A stretch of 62,949 bases of DNA, filler included, from Chiloscyllium plagiosum (GCF_004010195.1; 4 parts of one record of this genome joined end to end with filler, not necessarily neighbours in it), one strand, 5' to 3'. Positions 37,120 to 50,639 are shown, counted from the whole stretch's first letter. The notes: generated by a model not told the origin, from the sequence alone. Made by a program: numbers and translations.

Positions 37120-38830
37120 TTTAGAACACAGAACATTACAGTGCAATACTGGCCCTCGATGGTTTCACAGATTGGTGCAACAATCTAAAGCCTGTCTAAC
37201 CTACACTATTCCATTTTCACCCATATGTTTATCCAATGACCATTTAAATGCCCTTAAAGTTGGCGAGTCCACTGTCGCAGGCAGTGCGTTCCACACGCCT
37301 ACTACTTTGAGTAAAGGAACTACCTTGGATATCTGTCCTATATCTATCACTCCTCAATTTAAAGCAGTGTCCCCTCGTGCTAGCCATCACCATCCAGGGA
37401 AATAGGGTGCACAGGGAGAGCCTATCTAATCTTCTGATCATCTTGTGTGTCTATCAAGTCACCTCTCAACCTTTCCTCCGAAGACCTTACCCCCACACCA
37501 GGCAACATCCTAGTAAGTCTCCTCTGAACCCTTTCCAAAGCCTCCACATCATTCCTATAATGCGGTGACCTATAATGCAATACACCAAGGGTGGCCGTAC
37601 CAGAGTTTTGTGCAGCTGCAACATGACCGCATGGCTCTGAAACTCAATCCCTCTACCAATAAAAGTTAACACACCATGTACCTTCTCAACAACCTTGTCA
37701 ACCTGGATGGCAAATTCCAGGTATCTACATACATGAACACAGATCTCTCTGCTCATCTACATTACCAAGAATCTTACCATTAGCCCAGTACTCTCTATTC
37801 CTGTTGCTCCTTCCAAAGTGAATCACGTCACACTTTTCTGCATTAAACTCCATTTGCCCCTCTTAGTCCAGCTCTGCAGCTTACCTGTATCACGTTGTAA
37901 CCTACAACACCCTTCAGCACTGTCCACAACTCAACTCACTTAGTGTCATCTGTAAATTTACTAACCCATCCTTCTACGCCCTCATGCAGGTCATTTATAA
38001 AAATGACAAACAGCAGTGGCCCCAAAACAGAACCTTGCACTAGTAACTGAACTCCCGGATGAACACTTCCATCAACCACCATCCTCTGTCTTCTTTCAGC
38101 TAGCCCATTTCTGATCCAAACCGCTAAATCACCCGCATCCGTATTTTCTGCCATTACCTACAGAGTGAAACCTTGTCAAATGCCTTACTGAAATCCATAT
38201 ACACCGCATCAACTGCTATACCTTCATCCACCTGTTTGATCACCTTCTCAAAGAACTCCAAGGTTTATGAGGCATGACCTACTCTTCGCAAAACCACATT
38301 GACGATCCCTAATCAACTTATTCATTTCTAGATTTTTATAAATCCTATCTCTTGTAACCTTTTCCAACACTTAACCCACAACTGAAGTAAGGTTCACTGG
38401 TCTATAAATTACCAGGGTTGTCTCTACTCCCCTTCTTGAACGAACGGACATTGTTATCCTCCAGTCTTCTGGTATTATTCTTGTAGACAATGACGACAAA
38501 GATCAAAGCCAAAGGCTCAGCAATCTCTTCCCTGGCTTCCCAGAGAATCCAAGGATAAGTTCCCTAGGCTGGATGGGATTTATCTATTTTCACACTTTCC
38601 AAAATTGCTAACACCTCCTCATGAACCTCAATCCCGCCCAGTCTAGTAGCCTGAAACTCTGTATTCACGGCAACATAGCCTTTTTCCTGTGTGAATACTG
38701 ATAAAAAATATTCATTTAGCACCTCTCCTACCTCTTTTGGATTCCACGCATAACTACCTACTACTCTCCTTGACTGGCCCTAATTTTACTCTAGTCATTC
38801 TTTTATCCCTGACATACCTACAGAATAAAA
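37120..38830 (-). mobile_element. CR1 LINE RT and 3' region
   Basis: ORFs 37244-37441, 37487-37756 and 37936-38154 ([17 protein letters not shown]...DDTK). Confidence 0.9.
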
Positions 38831-38919
38831 GGTATGCCAGGAATTTTCTCCCCATAACCTTGGAATATTTTCACGGAGTTAGAAATAGTTCTTAGGGCTA
38901 TAGGGATCAAGGTTTGGCA

Positions 38920-39598
38920 TCAATTGCTTTTTATGGCAAGGAGTTCCACAGGCTCCCCACTCTTTGGTGAGGAACTTTATCCTCATCTCACTCCTAAATG
39001 GCCTATCCAGTGACCCCAGGCTTGAGACTCCCCAGTCATCAAGATCATTTTTCCTGGATTTACTCCATCTAGTACTCTGGAATTTTTTAGGTTTCTGAAA
39101 AACCCACCTTCACCAACCTTCTCCCCCCCCCCCCCCCATTCTTCTAAAGTGCCGTGAATGTATCCCTAATCAATCCTCTTTATTCATCTGTCTGCCCTGC
39201 CATCTCAGGAATTAGTCTGATAAACCAGGATATTGCACTCCCTCCATAGCCAGAGCATCCTTCCGTAAGGAGATTAAAACTGCATACAATACTCCAGGTG
39301 AGGTCTCACCAAGGCCCTGTACAATTGCAGCAAGACATCCCTGCTGCTGTACTCAAAGCCTCACTTTATGAAGGTCAACGTACCAGTGTTCTTCATGCCT
39401 GCTGCACCTGCATGCTTACTTTGAGTGACTGGCGTATAAAGACACCTAGGTCCTGTTAATTGTCCCCTTTCCCAATTGATCAACTTTTACTTAATAATCT
39501 ACCTTCCTGCTAGAAGGTAGAGTGGCTCGCCTCACTTATCCACATTGGACTTTACTTACCAAGCATTTTTTGCCTGCTGACAAGGCTCCAGATGATCA
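38920..39598 (-). mobile_element. Older CR1 LINE fragment
   Basis: aactgcatacaatactccaggtgaggtctcaccaaggccctgtac is the reverse of the YRALVRPHLEYCMQF motif. Confidence 0.7.
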
Positions 39599-40442
39599 TT
39601 GTCACCCCAACTGTAACAAGGACAGAACGCCCCTGGTGCTCACCTTTCACCCTACCAACCTTCGCATAAACCAAATAATCTGCCGACATTTCCTCCACAT
39701 CCAAACAGACCCCACCACCAGGAACATATTTCCCTCCCCACCCCTCTCCGCCTTCCGCAAAGACCGTTCCCTCCGTGACTACCTGGTCAGGTCCACGCCC
39801 CCCTACAACCCACCCTCCCATCCTGGCACTTTCCCCTGCCACCGCAGGAACTGTAAAACCTGCGCCCACACCTCCTCCCTCAACTCTATCCAAGGCCCTA
39901 AAGGAGCATTCCACATCCAAAGTTTTACTTGCACATCCACTAATATCATTTATTGTATCCGCTGCTCCCGATGCGGTCTCCTCTACATTGGGGAGACTGG
40001 GCGCCTCCTAGCAGAGCGCTTTAGGGAACATCTCCGAGACACCCGCACCAATCAACCAAACCGCCCAACTGTTTCCTCATTTCCCCTTCCCCCACCTCAT
40101 CCTAGTTCCAAACTTCCAGCTCAGCACTGTCCCCATGACTTGTCCGGACTTGTCCTACCTGCCTATCTCCTTTTCCACCTATCCACTACACCCTCTCCTC
40201 CGACCTATCACCTTCATCCCCTCCCCCCACTCACCCATTGTACTCTATGCTACTTTCTCCCCACCTCCACCCTCCTCTAGCTGATCTCTTCACGCTTCAG
40301 GCTCACTGCCTTTATTCCTGATGAAGGGCTTTTGCCCGAAACGGCAATCTCGAAGCTCCTTGGATGCTGCCTGAACTGCTGTGCTCTTCCAGCACCACTA
40401 ATCCAGAATCTGGTTTCCAGCATCTGCAGTCATTGTTTTTAA
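39599..40442 (+). mobile_element. Penelope-like element 3' part (GIY-YIG plus pLTR with hammerhead core)
   Basis: ORF 39522-40280 contains DRTPLVLTFHP...CKTC...IYCIRCSRCGLLYIGETGRLLAERFREH; cctgatgaagggcttttgcccgaaacg at 40317-40343. Confidence 0.93.
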
Positions 40443-40849
40443 CTGGTCCACATCAATACCAATGACATAGGTAAAACTAGGAAAGAGGTTCTAGTGAGGA
40501 AATAGGAAAAGTTAGGTGCTAAATTAAAAGGCATACCTAGATTACTATGTGAGCCATATGCAATTAGTATAGACTGATTGAGTAAACACATGACTCAGAC
40601 TCTGAGGAGTTCAGGGAGTTCTGGTTCATGGAACATGTAAGCCATTGAATAGCAGGAAAGAAAAAAAACTTAAAACGCAACTGTATGCATCATGTTGAAT
40701 CCATACAGTGGTCTAAACAGCACACCTTAATATAACATGAATTTTGAAAGGCAACAATAGTCTCCACAAATATTGTGTGGTAAAAATCAAATTCAGCTGA
40801 TGTCTATGCTCTGGAAAATGATACTTTGCCACATACTGAATTTAAATAT

Positions 40850-41412
40850 CTTAGGAATAATATCCTAAGGCACTGGAGTTGGAGGAGGCCAATCAGCCCA
40901 TTGTCTCTGCTCTGCCATTCAATGAGATCATGGCTGATCCGATCTCTACTCTGCTTTCCTGTCTTTTCCCCAGAAGTTTTGATTCCCTTACGGATTCAAA
41001 GTCTCTCTCAGGCCCTTGAATAAACTGAACAACCCAACCTCAACAAAGAAGAATTGCCCCGATTCTCTACCTTCAGGAGAAATTCCTTCTCAACTCTGTC
41101 CTAAATGAACAATAAGATTATGCCCTCTGGTCTTACATCGACATAGAACATAGAGCACAGAACAGGCCCTTCGGCCCACGATGTTGTGCCAAACATTTGT
41201 CCTAGCTTAAGCACCTATCCATGTACCTATCCAATTGCCGCTTAAAGGTCACCAATGATTCTGACTCTGCCACTCCCACAGGCATCTCTGGGTAAAGAAC
41301 CCACCCCTGACATCCCCCCCTATACCTTCCACCCTTCACCTTAAATTTATGTCCCCTTGTAACACTCTGTTGTACCCAGGGAAAAAGTCCCTGACTGTCT
41401 ACTCTATCTATT
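40850..41412 (-). mobile_element. Two CR1 3'-end fragments running into a gap
   Basis: Reverse-complement 3' UTRs (ccattcaatgagatcatggctgat; acatagaacatagagcacagaacaggcccttcggccc). Confidence 0.75.
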
Positions 41413-41512
41413 NNNNNNNNNNNNNNNNNNNNNNNNNNNNNNNNNNNNNNNNNNNNTTAATTAATTAANNNNNNNNNNNNNNNNNNNNNNNNNNNNNNNN
41501 NNNNNNNNNNNN
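41413..41512. other. Scaffold gap with artificial TTAATTAATTAA linker
   Basis: N44 + 12-mer + N44. Confidence 0.95.
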
Positions 41513-41585
41513 TAGGGTGGGGTGGGGTAGGATAGGATAGGGTAAGGTGGGGTGGGGTAGGATAAGGTAGGGCGGGGCAGGGGAG
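41513..41585. repeat. G-rich pentamer low-complexity tract (GGTGG/GGTAG/GATAG)
   Basis: tagggtggggtggggtaggataggatagggtaaggtggggtgggg directly after the gap. Confidence 0.8.
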
Positions 41586-42245
41586 GAGATCAGGGTGTCA
41601 AAAACATTCAACATTTGACGTTTATTTGAGGAAGCAGGACGCTGCTCCTTTAAATGTGGGAGATGCTGAGAGAGGCGGGGATTGGAATCGGCTCTTCCCT
41701 CTGCACGTTGCCTTGGATCGAGAGAGGAAGTGCAGCTCCCAACCTCGGTTTACTATTATACCAGTTTAAACAAAACCAGGGAGGAGAAATAGGCAGAGAG
41801 TGAAATTGACAGGGAGAGTGGAACTGACAGTGCATTAACCCGGGGATTTACAGCGGAAACAAGCCTATTGATTCACTCCTTTTTAAGTACAAGAGATCAT
41901 TTGTTTGAAGCTTGCAACAAGAACAGTTTCATTCGCTCTGGGAAGCTCCAATACTCTCTCTCACACACACAGACATATCGTAGCCCAGGAGTTACTCTGT
42001 AACCTTGCGGAACTCCCGCTGGAAAGGACATTTGGATCCGATCAACCAGGTCTTTTTGCAGGGATTTGTAAGCGTGTGTATTAAATGTGAGACAAAGACT
42101 CGCCTCAAGAGCCACTCTGGTATACAACCCGTTTGTTAAATTACTCACAAGGGGTCTGTGTACACCTCCCCACCGAAATTCGTAAAAGGGATTTGGATTT
42201 GTGGCTGTCAGAGAAACGCAGTCTGTGAATCAATCCGAGGTAAGT
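41570..42245 (+). promoter_or_regulatory. Candidate promoter and non-coding first exon ending at a consensus donor
   Basis: GC boxes (41570-41578, 41672-41680), TGACGT (41616), inverted CCAAT (41681), ETS-like GAGGAAGTG (near 41723), raised CpG density, no recognisable repeats, and GAG|GTAAGT donor at 42239/42240. Confidence 0.5.
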
Positions 42246-43839
42246 TTGCTGACTTCCCCCCCCCCCCCTTTTCTGTGTCAATGCTGCGTTCCGCTGCTTA
42301 TTTCTTTCAGTCCTGTGTCGCTGGGTCAGGGTTAGTTTGTCAAGGTTCCCTTCAGCGTGTGCGTGGAATGCCTCTGTTTGTCTGTCATTCTTTTTTACGT
42401 TTAAATTGAGAACCGTCTCGTGATTTCTGCTGTGAATTCCTTTTTTTTTGCTGATTATTGGGAGGGAAAATATATAGGGTCAGGTTTTACAAGGAGCTCG
42501 ACCTCAGCGTGAGGGTCATTATTTGTTATACACTATTGTCTGTGTCTATCTATGATGCTCATGCTATTTTTCCTAATGTGTGTATAATATATAGTACATG
42601 TTTTTGAGATGGAATGTGTATGTTCTCTCTGTGAAAGCTGGGTATTCAGATGTTCAGGCATTTGTAACTTGACCTGGTTTCCTGCTGATTACTCAGTGAC
42701 CTGCTGGAGTGGAATTATTCAGTGCTGTGTATGTGTGTGAATCTCTGAGTGGGGATCAACTACAACCAGAGAAGGTAAACCCCATGCCCTGTGAAGGTGT
42801 GCACTCATTGTATGGCTGGGCTGAGCAGAGAGAAAGGGTTCCTGGATCTGTTTGTGATTTGAGGGGGGATCCTCTTTTTTTTTTTCTCCCTCCTTCGAAT
42901 GTCCGGCTGGGTCCTACAGCCCTGGCTCACTACTTTAGGTTTGAGTTGATCTGGGTTCTAGCTCACGCTGTGGCTGTATCATTGCTGACCGCCTGTTCTC
43001 TGCTCCTCCTGCTTATTGAGTCTTGTACTATTCCAAATCAAGAATTCTCTGAACCACCTTTCATGTTTTCTTTGAGTCCACCTATCCCATTCTTCATCAC
43101 TTTGCCCACTGTCCTCATTCTCAGTGATCCTTGGTGCCCTTTGAATCTTCCTCCTCTTTCCTGCAAATCCTACTCTTTGCCACATGTGGCCTGGTATTAT
43201 CATCTCGCGCGCCCCCCCCCACCCCCCACCCCCCAACCTCTATTGTGTTCTGTCCACTCTCTATCTCTCCCTCGGGTTTTCATTCCTGATTCTTGCCTGG
43301 AGTTAGGAGAGACGAGGGGACTAGTTTCATTGATTACTACTCAATGGGTTGAAGCATCTTTTTTTTTTGCTCCCTATAATCCTCTCCCACAAAATGCCAG
43401 GACGAGAGAGAGTTTGCTGCTGTTTTTGTTACAAAGCCTCAATTTCTCCCTTTGTCTTGTTTCCTTCTACCTATTGCCTTGGTATGAGAATATTCATTTA
43501 GAATGACTCAACATTGCAATATTGTGAATCACACTTTTTTCCTCTCTCTCTCTGAGAATCCTTTTTTAAAAAGTTCAGTGGACCTTGAACATTCGGTGGC
43601 AAATTGGCATCGAAAGCACATTACGAGCTGAGGGGGAATAGCCTATCCTGAAGGATCAGGAGGAGATATTGGGAACATAGGGCTTGATTGTAAAGTTTTG
43701 ATTGTAAAAGTTGCCTCTAAGGAGAGATTAAAGGGGAAAAAGGTTTAGGGAGAGATTGTAGAGCTGGGAGCCAATTCAGCTGGAAGAGTGCCACAGAGGA
43801 TGAAGAAGTGGAACTCAAGGATGCACATGACTCATGATT

Positions 43840-44190
43840 TAAGACAGGGCACTAGCTACTGGACCAGACTCCAGACCCCCGGCTCCCATTCTGGGGCACC
43901 GGTTTGAGTTCCACCCAAGCGGATGGTGACTTGAATTCAGTAAAATGGAACTAAAAGCTGATCTAATGAGGACCATGTAACCATTGTCAATTTATTATAA
44001 CAGGTTTGCTGTTTTTAGGAAAGGAAATCTGCCATCCTTACCTGGTCTGGCCCACATCTGACTCCAGACCTACAGTAATGGGTTGGCTCTGAAATGTCCT
44101 GGTGATTGAATTAGTGGAACGGTAATTAAGGATGGGCAACAAATACCATCTTGTCCAGAGTTGACTAAGTCCAATATAAGAGTTTTTAAA
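43840..44190 (+). mobile_element. tRNA-derived SINE with L2-type tail
   Basis: Same body as 27875 (aggaaatctgccatccttacctggtctggcc...tgactccagacc; taaggatgggcaacaaat). Confidence 0.7.
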
Positions 44191-45329
44191 AATTGGGACA
44201 AGTCCATTCAGCCCCTCAAGCCTGGCCTATCATTCACAGTTGATCTGATTGTAATCTCAAATCTGCCATCCCTTCTACACCATAATCATATTCAGTCAAG
44301 AATTAGACCACAAAACCATCCAGAAAACCTTTTAATTCTGTTTCTCTCTCCACAAATGCTACCCAACTGGCGTTTCTCCAGCAATTTCTGTTTTTGTGGT
44401 TAGATTTCCATCATCCAGCTTTTTTTTTCTGGTCTATTTAAGAATCTAACTACCTGTTTTGCTTTTCAAGTAACATTAAATAACCCTGCTGACTGTGTTC
44501 ATGACCCTTGCTGAGAGGAAAGAATTTGGAGAGAATGATTTGTATGGCTGTAGGAGGCTGTGTTGTTTGGGAGGGTTAGAATGTGAAAATGTGCTTTTTA
44601 ATGTTGTGATGCAAGAAGATGGCAACAGTCACTGGTGACAGGCAAAAGCAGAACTAAGGGCTACCAGTATGGGATAGTCACCAATAAATCGGACAGGAAT
44701 TCAGAAGCAACTTCTTTCCCCAAAGAACAATGGGACTGCCCTCCTACAAAGTGTGGGAGAAGTGAATAGTGTAGATGCATTTAAGAGGATGAGTTGGTAA
44801 AAGGGGTAACATTGAGGGTTACCATGCTGGAGGAGGAGGTATAAGTGGACCATAGATGCTAGCATACATTGGTTGGGCTGAATGGCCTTTTATTTGGGGG
44901 TGGGATATGGTAGCAGGGTTTGCGAGGTTTCATGTGGATCACTGTTCTCCTCCTTCAAATGAAATCTGTGTTCTGCAAGAGTCACCAAGAATTCCTAATA
45001 GCTGCCCAACTTGCAGCTCTTCCTGTTTAGCTTAGGGATACAGCTGACTTCAATAATGTTAGTTGAGTGTTTTAGAGGAAGAGGGAGGGGGGGAGAGAGA
45101 GAGAGAGAGAGAGACTTGCAATGGCAGTGTGGGCTATGTGTCCCAAATGAAATGTGTAATTTCTAGTCTTTTGTTCTTACGGCAACAGCAAACCTCTGCG
45201 AAGATTTCGGCCAAATGCTGGCAAATGGACCTAGATTAATTTACGGTATCTGGTTGAATTGGGCGAGTTGGACCAAAGGGGCTGTTTCTGTGCTGTTTCT
45301 TTGCCTCTAAGACATGCTCTTACGTATAG

Positions 45330-45842
45330 TGTGGCTTATTTTCCAGCTGAAACACTCCCCACTTGCCTGGGTGGGTGCAGCTCCAACAACACTCAGGAAG
45401 CTTGATATCATTCAGGTCAAAGTAGAATGCTTGTTTGGTACCACACCCACAAACATCCCCTCCCTCCTCCACTGATGCTTAGTAGCAGCAGTGTGTACTA
45501 TCTACAAGATGCACTGCAGAAATTCACCAAAAATCGTTGGGCAGCACCTACCAAACCATGACCATTTCCATCTAGAAGGACAAGGACAGCACATACATGG
45601 GAACACCACCCCACGCAAGCCACTCACTATTCTCACTTGGAAATCTATTGCAGCACGTTTTACTGATGCTGGGTCAAAATCCTGGAATTCCCTCCCTAAG
45701 GGCATTGTGGCTTTACCTACAGCACGTGGACTGCAGCGGTTCAAGAAGGCAATTAACCCCCCCCCCCCGCCTTCTCAAGGGGTATCTAGGGGAGGAGGGC
45801 AATAAATGAAGCCAGCGATGTTCTCATCCTGTGGGTGACTAT
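45330..45842 (+). mobile_element. L2-clade LINE 3' end
   Basis: CTIYKMHC...ILTWK.IA..F..AGSKSWNSLP (ORF 45491-45805); tail gggcaataaatg. Confidence 0.8.
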
Positions 45843-46094
45843 TAACCCATTTTCGACAGTGGATTTTTTTTTAAGCCAAGATGTGATCAATGTCATGTCA
45901 GTGATACAGGATGGGTTTGGTGTGTCCTATACCCCCCCACCCCCCCTGCTCTTTGTCATGCCGAGCCTCTTGTGTGACCCCAGTTCTTTTTAATTGTAAA
46001 TTGTTCCACCATTGGTGGTCATGCCTTCAGCAGCTTTGAATCCCACGCTCTGCGATTTCCTCCCTCTCTGCTTTTTATCATTCCTTTTTTTTTT

Positions 46095-46540
46095 AAACTT
46101 AAAAAGAAATTCAGTTGCACTTTTCATGACCTCCAGATGACCTGACGCAGCCTTGAGTAAGAAACGTGATCATCAAATCACGCACAGCAAGATCCCACAC
46201 AGTGATTGAGTTAATGACCAGATCAACTGCCTGTCCAATTTTGTTGATGTCATGTGAGGGTTGAGTTGTGGACTGGAGTGACTAGCCCTGCTCTTTTTAA
46301 CAGTGTGCCCCTTTCCTGAGGGGGTAGGGAAAGCCTCCATTTTATATCTTGGAAGCTCACACCTTTTGCAGGTGCAGCACATCTTCAGCAGTGAGTGTGT
46401 TATCCCTACCATGATTGAAGCTCCAAAGCCCATCTTCAGCCCTGACCTGGAGGAGATGCTGCTTACCCACTGGGCCCTGGCTGCTGCTGACACTAACGTT
46501 GTCTTGGGCGAGTTGAAACGTGTTTCGTAACATAGCGAGG
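46095..46540 (-). mobile_element. Ancient DeuSINE-like element (SacSINE1/AmnSINE-type), degenerate
   Basis: gcacagcaagatcccacac...aatgaccagat, ccctgctcttt and gtgcagcac motifs recall the Deu domain. Similar pieces at about 48400-48600, 49790-49990 and 60820-60960. Confidence 0.5.
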
Positions 46541-47419
46541 ATCTTCCACACCATTTGTCAGCCTTCACTGCCTTCTGGCGTCTCTAATCTCCCAACAGAC
46601 CATCAAAAAGACCCAAGGGTAGTGTCACTGAATGCACCCCCACCCCAACACCTCTGAATGGGTTTTGAGTTTCGTTCCCTCCCATACATGGACACGTTTT
46701 GGCCTCTAAGTCTCTAAGCAGTTGATTTGCTTGAGCAGGACTGTTTTTGCACAGTAATCTTGATGTGAATTTTATTGCTTGGGAAAGGAGGAGAGATCAT
46801 GTTAGGTAAGGAAATATCACAGAGAATGGTCTTGCTCTTCCTGGAGTAGAGAAGATTAGAGGTGACCTTATTGGGGTGTTGATTATTGAGGTGTTCAGTG
46901 AACAACTTTGACAGGGTAAAGAGGGATTTTCTGTTCCCAGTAGTTGGTATGTCAGTAACTTGGGGTCACAATTTCAGGATTGTCAGTGGGGGAGCTAGGT
47001 GTGAGAGAAGGAAAAACCTCTTTACTCAGCATTGTTAGGATTTGGAATGTGCTGCTTGGGTGTTGAGGGTTACAGAGATCAAGTTGGAGGGTGGGATGAG
47101 CTGGGTGGTTGTTTTGGGAGCTGGTACAGACACGATGGGTCAAATGGCTTCCTTCTGTACTGCAAAATTCTATAAGGTAGAATGCCTACTGTTGGAGTTC
47201 CAGTGATTTGGATTCTTCCTTTTGATGGTCATGCATTCAGCTGCCTGATCCTCTGGACTTTGCTCGCCAAACCTCTCTGACCCCTTGACACCAACACCCG
47301 CCCCCCTCCCCTCCCCACCCCCCCTGCCACCCCCACGTCACCAGGCTCTCTTTGACATCAGTCCTGACAAACCCCCACTATCCCAACTTATGGTCCCTTG
47401 TCCTGCCATTATATATAAT

Positions 47420-48260
47420 TATTTTTGTGGGATGTGGCATCATTGGTTGTCCATCCCTACGTGCCCTTTGAGAAGGTGATAGTGAGCTGCCTTCGTCAGC
47501 CACTGCAGTCCACCTGCTGTGTGCTGACCCACAATACCCTTAAGGAGAGAATTCCAAGATTTTGACCCAGTGACATTGAAGGAGCTGTGATACATTTCCA
47601 AGTCAGGATGGTGAGTGGTTTGGAGGGGAACTTGCAGGGAGTGGTGGTCACATGTATCTGCTGCCCGTCCTTCAAGATGGAAGTGCCCATGGGTTCGGAA
47701 GGTGCTGCCTGAGGACACTTGGTGCACTTCTGCAGTGCATCATGTAGACAGTACGCACTGATATTACTGAGCATCAGTGGTGGAGGGAGTGGATGCTTGT
47801 GGATGTGGTGCCAATCACGCGGCTGTTTTGTCCTGAATAGTGTCAAGCTTCAGGAGTGTTGTTGGAGCTGCAGCCATCCAGGGAAGCGGGGAGTATTCCA
47901 TCACACTCCTGATCTGTGCCTTGTAGATGGTGGACAGGCTTTGGGGAGTCAGCGGGTGACTTACTTTCTGCAGTATTCCTTGCCTCTGACCTGCTTTTGT
48001 AGCCACTGTTTTTGGTGAGTCCAGTTGAATTTCTGGTCAATAGTAACCCTCAGGATGTTGATAGTTCGGGGGATTCAGTGATGAATATCAAGGGGTGGTA
48101 GTTAGATTGCCTGTTCTTGATGGTCATTGCCTGGTATTTGTGTGGTGTGAATGTTACTTGCCAATTGTCAGCCCGAGCCTGGATATTGTCCAGATCTTGT
48201 GCATTTGAACACTGTTTGTTTCAGTATCTGAGGAGTCACAAATGATGCTGAATATTGCCC
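47420..48260 (-). mobile_element. L2-clade LINE 3' portion
   Basis: LTPQSLSTIYKAQIRSVMEYSPLPWM...LDTIQDK (ORF 47815-48006) and GSKSWNSL. Confidence 0.85.
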
Positions 48261-48942
48261 AGCCTTATGGAGTTGTGATGTCAAATGTTGCGTAGTCAGT
48301 GCCTTGTGACATTTCATCTCCTCCTTTTAAAGGCGCTGTGTAAATGTGTCAGTTTAATTCCCATTCCATGTGTTGCCTATTAGTGTGCTCTCAAATGTGA
48401 ATGCAGCTTGCATTTATATAGCACCTTCTGTGTGGAATTTGAAGGTCACAGCCACTGAAGATGTTTTCAGGTGTAGTCAATGTTATGATGTATAGGATGC
48501 GACAGTCAATTTTCACACCGTGAGCTTCCACAAATGGCAATGTGATAATAGCTGTTTAATTTTTATTTTAAATAATCTCTTGCTCAAACAGTACAGAACT
48601 GGAGTATCAGTCAGGTGTGCAATGTGTCTCATTTGCACTTGCTGAAAGTTACATGCTGTCACAGGCAAGGGTTTGACTCATTTAAGTAGAAGAACATGTT
48701 CAGGCATTGCATCCTTGTTTAAAAGAAAACAAACATTAGGGTCAGTTATTTTCTTGTGAATTCTCTATGGCTCTTTTTTTTTCCTCTCTGGTGCACTAGA
48801 AATTGCTGTTCCCTTTTGAAATTTGACATTCTTGCGTCTGTCCTGATAGTCAAGTAAAGGTAAAGCCACTATAGATTACAACTTCTAGGGCTGTCTCCTT
48901 AAAGAGAGAGGACAGGCTATTGTTTAACTTAAGGGTTACCTG

Positions 48943-49292
48943 CATAGATCATAGAATCCCTACAGTGAGGAAGCAGGCAGTTTGGCCCATCGAGTCCACA
49001 CTGACCCTCTGCAGAGCATCCTACTGAGACCTATGGGCTACCCTATCCCTGCAGTTCCCACAGCCAATCCACCTAACCTGCATATCCCTGGACACTATGG
49101 GCAGTTTAGCATGGCCAATCTGCAGCTCCAACAATACTCCTAACCTGCACATCTTTGGACTTTGGGAGGAAACCCATGCAGACACTGGGAGAATGGACAA
49201 ACTCCCCACAGATAATAATACAAGATGAGACTCAACTGCAGGTCTCTGCGCTGTGAGACAGCAGTGCTAACCACTGAGCCACTGTTTTGCCC
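48943..49292 (-). mobile_element. HE1-like V-SINE
   Basis: Reverse complement of the 17957 family (cctgcacatctttggac; cagcagtgctaaccactgagccac). Confidence 0.8.
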
Positions 49293-49555
49293 CACGTGAT
49301 GGGAAGATTAGGAGGGAGACTTCTTCATGGTATCCTCAGGCAGTGCAGGGATTGAACTCATACTGTTGGCAATGCTCTGTGTCAGAAATCAGCTGTCCAG
49401 CCAACTGAGCTAACCAATCCTGATGAGTGGAAAATGCAATGATTGGACACCACGCCTCCTCTTTTCAACTCCGCTTAATCGGCATCTTTAAACAAAACTT
49501 AAGGGATAAACTTTGGGAAGGATTCGGGAGAATTCTGTGCTGCTCTTGAAATTGG

Positions 49556-49772
49556 GAGAAAGTGAGGACTGCAGATGTTGGGGATCAGAGTTGAGAGTGT
49601 GGTGCTGGAAGAGCACAGCAGGTCACAGGCAGCATCCAAGGAGCAGGAGAATCAATGTTTCCAGCATGAGCCCTTCATCATCATTCCTGATGCAGGGCTT
49701 ATGCCCGAAACGTCAATTCTCCTGCTCCTCGGATGCTGCCTGACCTGCTGTGCTTTTCCAGCGCCACACCCT
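49556..49772. mobile_element. Palindromic mini-PLE with 15-bp TSD
   Basis: Inverted pLTR arms around cccttcatcatcattcctgatgcagggc. TSD tgctc(t/c)tgaaattgg at 49541-49555 and 49773-49787. Confidence 0.85.
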
Positions 49773-50639
49773 TGCTCCTGAAATTGGTAATTCTTTATGA
49801 TGGCTGAGACAGGGCCTTAGCTTATTGTCTCGTCTGAAAGGCAGCCCCTCCACCAGGGAATCTCTGCTTCAGTGCCACTCTGCAGTGTCAAGGTCGACTC
49901 TCTGCCCAAGCTCTGGAGTGGGTCTTCAAACAAAACCTATTGATTTGGACGTGAAGTTGTCTCTGGCCACTCTACCACTGCCCTCTTGTATTGTCTGTGT
50001 CACTGGCTGAGAAGGCTTCAGCTTTGCCTCATGTGGACTGGTCAGAGGGGATTTGACCAGGTGGATGTCAAAATGATGTTCCCTGTTATGAGTGTCGAGA
50101 TCTAGGGACCTTGGCTGAAAAATAAGATTTAGCACCGACACACAATTTTCTTTCACTGGGCTTGTGGGTTTTAGGAATTCCTTTCCTTCCTTTATAATGC
50201 AGAACATCGTTAAGGCAGAGGTAGGTCGGTTCTTAAAGAAAGATTATCAGGGATGGGGGAACGAGTGGGAGAAACGCTGGAATGTCAAGCTGAGGTTAAA
50301 ATCCTACCAGCCATTATCTCCATTGAATGGTGCTGCAGGTTTGAAGGGCCAAGTGGCCTGTTTGTGTATCTGACTGGTGAATTATTTTGGGTTGTGGATT
50401 GGACGTGTCTCCGGGCAACACTGCAGTGTTTACAGGCCATTCAGCCCGACTAATCCATGTCTGTGTTGGTGCTGCACACAAGCTGTCTCTTTAAACACTG
50501 TCACCGAAATCTTCTGTTCCTTTCTTCCCCTACTCCCCCACTCCCTGCGGTTTTTAGTTTCACTGTCTGACCACTCCCTGGATGAAGAGATATCCCCTCA
50601 ATTCCTTTAAGAGAATTATTCATGGCTATCTTGTGCCTA

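Noticed and set aside
42709..43506. Longest non-TE ORF (265 aa, plus strand)
   Set aside because: Non-ATG start, pyrimidine-rich low-complexity sequence, Leu/Pro/Ser/Phe bias and no recognisable domain; likely a chance ORF in intronic DNA.
45085..45114. (GA)n microsatellite; also (TC)n at about 56832-56857 and TG-rich tract at about 19795-19840
   Set aside because: Ordinary simple repeats.
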